Below are positions 47,282 through 51,699 of a stretch of 51,699 bases of DNA, in pieces (position 1 is the first letter of the stretch; each line of letters opens with the position of its first letter). The notes beneath the pieces were generated by a model that saw only the letters and a list, made by a program, of their open reading frames with translations, made no database searches and was not told where the DNA came from. The DNA is from Candidatus Woesearchaeota archaeon. GTDB lineage: Archaea > Nanobdellota > Nanobdellia > Woesearchaeales > UBA10216. Made by a program: the position numbers and the translations under genes. The DNA lies in the NCBI GenBank assembly GCA_016188145.1, contig JACPIJ010000060.1, positions 1 through 51,699 on the forward strand, written 5' to 3'.

Positions 47282-47394
47282 CGCCACGGGCGGGAGTTTC
47301 ACTCTGCCTCACAGCAGAGTTTTGAACCCACACGATGGTTGGCCCATCACCCGCTTCTGGAGCGAGCGCATTAACCAAGTTCTGCCACCGTGGC
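47282..47394 (-). tRNA. type II tRNA with anticodon CAG, serine-like body and a 25-nt intron at 59/60
   Basis: Acceptor GCCACGG/CCGTGGC with G73; anticodon arm CTCGC-TCCAGAA-GCGGG; variable arm GATGG/CCATC; T arm GTGGG/CCCGC. Intron 47296-47320 sits in a strict BHB (TTCA/TGAA helix, AAA and ACT bulges). Confidence 0.85.
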
Positions 47395-47677
47395 AATTCC
47401 CTCCTTCATTATAAAGTCAAATGTTGATATGCCTTTCGCCGACTTTTCCGGAAGTTGTTTTATAAAAGTGAAAGATTTACGGCCCCATTGGAAAAATATT
47501 TGCCGTGTTTAAAAAGTGAAGTTTTGTTTTTTCAACTTAACCGCAAGAATTTTGCGCAGTCATCCACACAATAGGAAAAAGATAGAAAAGCTTAAATAGG
47601 CGGTGAACTTCAATTACCTTTAGAAGGTTGGCCCTAAGTCATTAACCGGGTTCTGGAACCCGCATTTTTCTTCTCTT

Positions 47678-48100
47678 TTATTTTATTCTGGAAAAATTCC
47701 CGTTTATGACAATCGGCTTGACAGCTTGTATTTCTGACTTGTAGAATTCAATTTCCGGAATTGGATTCATCAGGTATATTCTCTTGTTCAGTACGTGAGC
47801 GAATCCTATTTCCATCAGCGTGTTCCCGCCAATGTAGTTTTTAATGCCTTTCCTGTCATAGTTCAAAACGAGAACCGCATTGCTTTTCTTTATCTTTTCC
47901 CAAAATTCGCGTATGGCGTCTTTCGCAAATTTGTGATGCAACTTAAGTTTTTCAATTTCTTCTTCTTTCTTGCCAACATATGAATCTGCAAATCCAGAAA
48001 TAAAAACTTTATGACCGAGCTTTTCAAGCTTTTTCTTAATTTTAAGCATCTTTTCTGTGAAGACCATGCTTGTGCATATGGCAATTTTCATGGGTTTCAT
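47678..48100 (-). CDS. nucleoside 2-deoxyribosyltransferase-like hypothetical protein
   Basis: Motifs IAICTSM, AVLVLN and YIGGNTLMEIGFA. Confidence 0.65.
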   Translation of the reverse strand: MKPMKIAICTSMVFTEKMLKIKKKLEKLGHKVFISGFADSYVGKKEEEIEKLKLHHKFAKDAIREFWEKIKKSNAVLVLNYDRKGIKNYIGGNTLMEIGFAHVLNKRIYLMNPIPEIEFYKSEIQAVKPIVINGNFSRIK

Positions 48101-49828
48101 CTACCCGAGCGAAGCCAGTTTCAAATCCGCTTCAACTTCCAGAATTTCGTATTCCATCTGCTTTTTCTCGTTGAGCGTCATGTAGACTGTGTTGAAGACA
48201 GACTGCGCCTGCTCAAGCGCTTTTTGGGCTTCGTCAACATTGTTCTGGTATATATGCTGCTTTGCCTCTTCCAGTAGCGCCTGCAGCCTTTCTTTTCCGT
48301 ATTCCCCTCCAAGCCTCAGGTCCGGCATCCCTTTCAGTTCCTGGGCGAAGTCTGGCAAGCGTTCAGGCTGCTCTGCCTGCTCTGCCAGTAATGTCTCCTG
48401 TCTTTGCGCTGTGAGCCTGTGCTTCCTCATGAATATCTCAAACTTTTTCCTTTCAATTTCTCCTTTCTGCTTTATCAGCTCGTATCTTTTTCTGGTTATG
48501 TCAATCTTGTTGGCGTTTAGCTCTGCTTCCTCGCTGCTTAGCTCCTTCTCCTGCCTGTCTAGCTCCTCCTCTTTCCTGTCAAGCTGAGCCTCTTCGGGCG
48601 TTTTTCTTTCCCTTGCCTTTTTTATTCCCCCTGCATGCTCTTCTGCCATTTCTTTCGCAGAGGCAGGCAGCTCTCCCATTTCCTCTCCCACTCCTTCCTC
48701 AACTTCTTCTTTGGTTTCTTTTTCTTTCCCTTCCCCACTGGCCTCTGCCCATTGTGCATGGTGAGGCTCAAGCTCAGCAGTTTCTGCCCCTGCTTTTTGA
48801 TCCATATCAGCCTTGCTAGGCCTGAATCCCCCCATTCTTGCCCTTTGCGTTTCCGGCATCCCGAACTCTTGGCCAATCTCCCCGAGTTCTTCTAAGTCTG
48901 GCAGGTCAGGCACAATAGCTTCTTTTTGCGCTATCCCCTCTTCCTTGAATGGAGTTTCCGGAATCTTGGGGAACTCAGGAAGTTCAGGCACGGCCTCTGC
49001 CGCCTCTTCAGGGCTTTTTTTCTTGAATGGCCAGAACCACCTTCCTGGTTTTGCAACGCGTTTGGCTTCTTCCTCATTTTCTGCTGCTGTTGTAATTTCC
49101 GGCAGCTTCAGCTTTAGCTCTTCGCCAGGCTCTTCATTAGGTTCCTTGCCAAATTCATCAATTTGCGCTCCCTTTGGCATATCCTTCCAGGTCTTCCAGG
49201 CCTCAATATCTTCTTTGAGTGGCTTCGGCTGTTTTATCTTTGCGGCAGTCCTTATTGCCTTTGTCTTCCCGGTTGCTTTTGCAGGCTTTTCGGCTGGTTT
49301 GGCTGCTTCTTTCCAGGCTTTTTTGGCTGGCTTTGTTGCTTTCATTGCCTTAGCAGCTGTCCTTGCTGCCATCTCCGCTTTTCTCCTTGCGGCCTTGAGG
49401 CTGCTGAGTTCTTTCTCCGCATAACTTGCTGCCTGAAGCCTGCCCTTCGCCTTCCTCAACTGCATGGCGAGCCTGTCATCGTTCAGTATCTCCTTCACCC
49501 ATTCTGCAATGTCATTCCGTTCATCGTTCACGTGTTCCTTGTAGTCCGCCGCATTCATTTTCCTCAGCGCTGCGGCGAGTTCCTTCAGGCTCTTTACCGT
49601 TGCGCCGTTGTTAAGCCAAAGGGCAAGCTCCGGCTCAACCTCTTCCTTCACATTTACGGCTGCTTCAGCGCCTTCTCCTGCTGCCTGCTCTGATTCAATC
49701 TCCCTTGCAGCTGAGACATCTATTTTTTTTAAGAATTCCGGCTCTTCCTGTGCAGCTGTAGCAGCTAAGGTGCTAATTGCATCTTCTTTTTTTTTGCCTG
49801 GCTTCAAAAAGCCGAATAAGCCCATCAC
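48101..49828 (-). CDS. hypothetical protein with DUF5752-like domain and charged low-complexity/coiled-coil regions
   Basis: LNNGATVKSLKELAAAL...HVNDERNDIAEWV motif; K/A-rich and E-rich tracts. Confidence 0.7.
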   Translation of the reverse strand: MMGLFGFLKPGKKKEDAISTLAATAAQEEPEFLKKIDVSAAREIESEQAAGEGAEAAVNVKEEVEPELALWLNNGATVKSLKELAAALRKMNAADYKEHVNDERNDIAEWVKEILNDDRLAMQLRKAKGRLQAASYAEKELSSLKAARRKAEMAARTAAKAMKATKPAKKAWKEAAKPAEKPAKATGKTKAIRTAAKIKQPKPLKEDIEAWKTWKDMPKGAQIDEFGKEPNEEPGEELKLKLPEITTAAENEEEAKRVAKPGRWFWPFKKKSPEEAAEAVPELPEFPKIPETPFKEEGIAQKEAIVPDLPDLEELGEIGQEFGMPETQRARMGGFRPSKADMDQKAGAETAELEPHHAQWAEASGEGKEKETKEEVEEGVGEEMGELPASAKEMAEEHAGGIKKARERKTPEEAQLDRKEEELDRQEKELSSEEAELNANKIDITRKRYELIKQKGEIERKKFEIFMRKHRLTAQRQETLLAEQAEQPERLPDFAQELKGMPDLRLGGEYGKERLQALLEEAKQHIYQNNVDEAQKALEQAQSVFNTVYMTLNEKKQMEYEILEVEADLKLASLG

Positions 49829-49873
49829 TTCCCCCTTTTTTACTATTCCCAGCGGTAAAAACTGTTGCTGCTG

Positions 49874-50233
49874 CTATTTAATACTTTTGATTTGGTGATG
49901 TTCCCTTCTGAGGCATTCGTTAACCTTGGCAACTATTTTATCGTGAAATGCGTCGTTTATTGTGCAAAGCTTCTTCCTTATTATCTTTTCATGAATTGTG
50001 AATAGCCTGTGCGGTTTTATCCAACTCCTGAAGGGCAGCTTGCCTCCCTCAAAGCAGCCGGTTTCTATGGGGATGCCGTCTTGAGGCTGCTGGCTGGTGA
50101 CGAGGCAGCAGATTCTGTCTTGGCTTATGTTGACAAGCTCGTTTGAGATTATGAGGGCGGGTCTATGCTTTGCGCCTGTAAGGTCAGAGTAAGGGAATGG
50201 TATTAGGACAACGTCCTTTTGCTCATAGCTCAT
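49874..50233 (-). CDS. PemK/MazF family toxin
   Basis: DVVLIPFPYSDLTGAKHRPALIIS motif; ATGA overlap with the antitoxin stop. Confidence 0.9.
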   Translation of the reverse strand: MSYEQKDVVLIPFPYSDLTGAKHRPALIISNELVNISQDRICCLVTSQQPQDGIPIETGCFEGGKLPFRSWIKPHRLFTIHEKIIRKKLCTINDAFHDKIVAKVNECLRREHHQIKSIK

Positions 50234-50460
50234 ACATCGTTCCACCTTTCATCTGCCTTATTGTCCCATTCTTTTTTCAGCACTTCTTCCGAAGCAAGCA
50301 TAGTCAGGATGCTCTCCTTAGCCCCGCTGCGCCCGAGTTCGTCTAGCTCGTCTACTCTTTGCTTTATGGCTTTGCGCACAAACTCGCTCCACTTTATTTC
50401 GGAGTGCTTGCGCATACGCCTGTATACGGAATCCTCGATGGACAGTGTTACATTCGTCAT
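50230..50460 (-). CDS. ribbon-helix-helix antitoxin
   Basis: MTNVTLSI...IKWSEFVRKAI and a C-terminal L..EW...ADERW motif; directly upstream of the MazF-like toxin. Confidence 0.8.
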   Translation of the reverse strand: MTNVTLSIEDSVYRRMRKHSEIKWSEFVRKAIKQRVDELDELGRSGAKESILTMLASEEVLKKEWDNKADERWNDV

Positions 50461-50555
50461 AAAGCCAAATAAGTGAGCTCACTTATTTAAAGCTTTCGCA
50501 TTTTCGCAGCGTTTTGCAAATCTTTTTAAAGCTCCTGCCGTTCCTGCTTTTTGGC

Positions 50556-50723
50556 ATGGCGGATGTTTGCAGTTCCTGTAGGAACCAGGTAACCAATATG
50601 AAAGGGATGGTCAGGTTTAGCTGCCCTGGCTGCGGCAAGGTTGAGTTCGTCAGGTGCCAGCGCTGCAGGGCGAATGCTGTCCAGTACAAGTGCCAGGAAT
50701 GCGGTTTCTCAGGTCCGAACTAG
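50556..50723 (+). CDS. small Zn-ribbon protein (DUF1610 / HVO_2753-like)
   Basis: CSSC, FSCPGCG, RCQRCR and YKCQECGFSGP motifs; conserved position upstream of EF-1beta. Confidence 0.9.
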   Translation: MADVCSSCRNQVTNMKGMVRFSCPGCGKVEFVRCQRCRANAVQYKCQECGFSGPN

Positions 50724-50735
50724 GTCAAGCGAAAA

Positions 50736-51011
50736 ATGGCAACGGTAATCGTCACAATGAAGATAATGCCTTCCTCGCCTGAAGAGGACTTGGAATTAAT
50801 AAAATCGGCTGCAGCAAGGCTGATAACAGAATTTGGCGGCACTATCGGGAAGGTTGATGTCGAGCCCGTAGCCTTTGGCCTCAAAGCCCTGGTTTTCATG
50901 TTTGCAATGAGTGAGAGCCTTGGCGACACCGAGGATGTTGAAAAGAAGATAGGCGACCTTGACGGTGTAAACAGCGTTCAGGTTACCGATGTCAGAAGGG
51001 CGATTGGTTGA
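50736..51011 (+). CDS. ef1b: translation elongation factor 1-beta
   Basis: KIMPSSPEEDL and EPVAFGLKAL motifs. Confidence 0.95.
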   Translation: MATVIVTMKIMPSSPEEDLELIKSAAARLITEFGGTIGKVDVEPVAFGLKALVFMFAMSESLGDTEDVEKKIGDLDGVNSVQVTDVRRAIG

Positions 51012-51020
51012 TTTTCAGGC

Positions 51021-51629
51021 TTAGGTCTGGCTTGCTATTATCTGCTTCAGCCTTTCAAACTCTGACTCTGTTATCGTGCCGTTCATGTATTTTTCTGTTA
51101 GGTAGTGGGCCTCTGTCATTGCCGCCTGCTGCGCAAGCGACCTGTGTATGCGCATTATTCTTGAATAGTATTGTGCTCTTTCCCCTTCTTCCATCTGTGC
51201 ATACAGCTGCTTTATGCCGTTGTACAGGGCATAAGCTTCAGAGTGGTTGCCTTCCTTAACAGCATTTTCCGCTTTTTCAACAGTGCCTTTTATGCCAGGG
51301 GCTTTGCCTTCCTTCATGCCCGCCAAGGCATTTTGCCCGACCCTTGCAACGACTACCAGCACGGCTATTGACAGCAGCCCGAGCAGGGCAGAGCCGGCAG
51401 CCTTTTGCAGGCCATTCAGTTGCGCTGAGTTTATCCCATGGTCTGCAGCCTTTCCGGTTACCGCTGCAAAATTACCTTTAACAACGCTTTCTTTTGCAAC
51501 AGTGAATCCTGTTATGGTATTCGCTACAAAGAAGGTTCCGGCCAATGACAGGACTATCGCTGTGATTATGATTATCCTTCCTGCAGCAGACGCCCTTCTT
51601 TCCCTTTCCTCTTTTGTCATGCCCGCCAA
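51021..51629 (-). CDS. membrane protein of unknown function
   Basis: Two TM segments, an ITGFTV motif and a C-terminal SHOCT-like GTITESEFERLK. Confidence 0.7.
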   Translation of the reverse strand: MAGMTKEERERRASAAGRIIIITAIVLSLAGTFFVANTITGFTVAKESVVKGNFAAVTGKAADHGINSAQLNGLQKAAGSALLGLLSIAVLVVVARVGQNALAGMKEGKAPGIKGTVEKAENAVKEGNHSEAYALYNGIKQLYAQMEEGERAQYYSRIMRIHRSLAQQAAMTEAHYLTEKYMNGTITESEFERLKQIIASQT

Positions 51630-51699
51630 TTGCCTCTGCTTTTTCTGTGCTTTTTTCTATTATAAATCTTTCGCAGCAGCCGGCATAGTTGAAAATCTC

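Noticed and set aside
47351..47366. Reading the odd tRNA as Trp(CCA) or Ser(AGA)
   Set aside because: Either register breaks the 5-bp anticodon stem; only CAG is centred in a 7-nt loop.
47139..47396. 85-aa minus-strand ORF
   Set aside because: It is a translation through the tRNA gene and antisense to rtcA.

Overview
Archaeal genomic DNA. EF-1beta, the AglB oligosaccharyltransferase, PGF-pre-PGF surface proteins, TATA-type promoters and BHB-intron tRNAs point to an archaeon; a DPANN/Woesearchaeota-like lineage is my inference. The left part is a glycosylation/envelope locus (GT4, GT2, DUF2304, AglB, geranylgeranyl reductase, S-layer-like protein). The centre holds very large secreted proteins rich in N-glycosylation sequons, including an S8 protease, around an SxtJ / carbamoyltransferase / SGNH / DUF5989 operon. 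The right part has toxin-antitoxin and Fic genes, an AAA+/VWA pair, CorA, RtcA and EF-1beta. The most striking signals are non-coding. (1) A tRNA with a serine-type body (G73, long variable arm) carries a leucine anticodon CAG with C33 and A37, plus an intact BHB intron. (2) A tRNA-Trp is split by three introns (15/16, 37/38 with a box C/D guide, 59/60). (3) A dispersed ~35-bp hairpin repeat occurs six times, always co-oriented with transcription, and one copy makes up most of the third tRNA-Trp intron. (4) A family of ~45-55-bp twin-hairpin micro-insertions shows compensatory base changes and occurs inside other hairpins and in-frame inside a protein gene. All calls come from reading the sequence; no searches were run.
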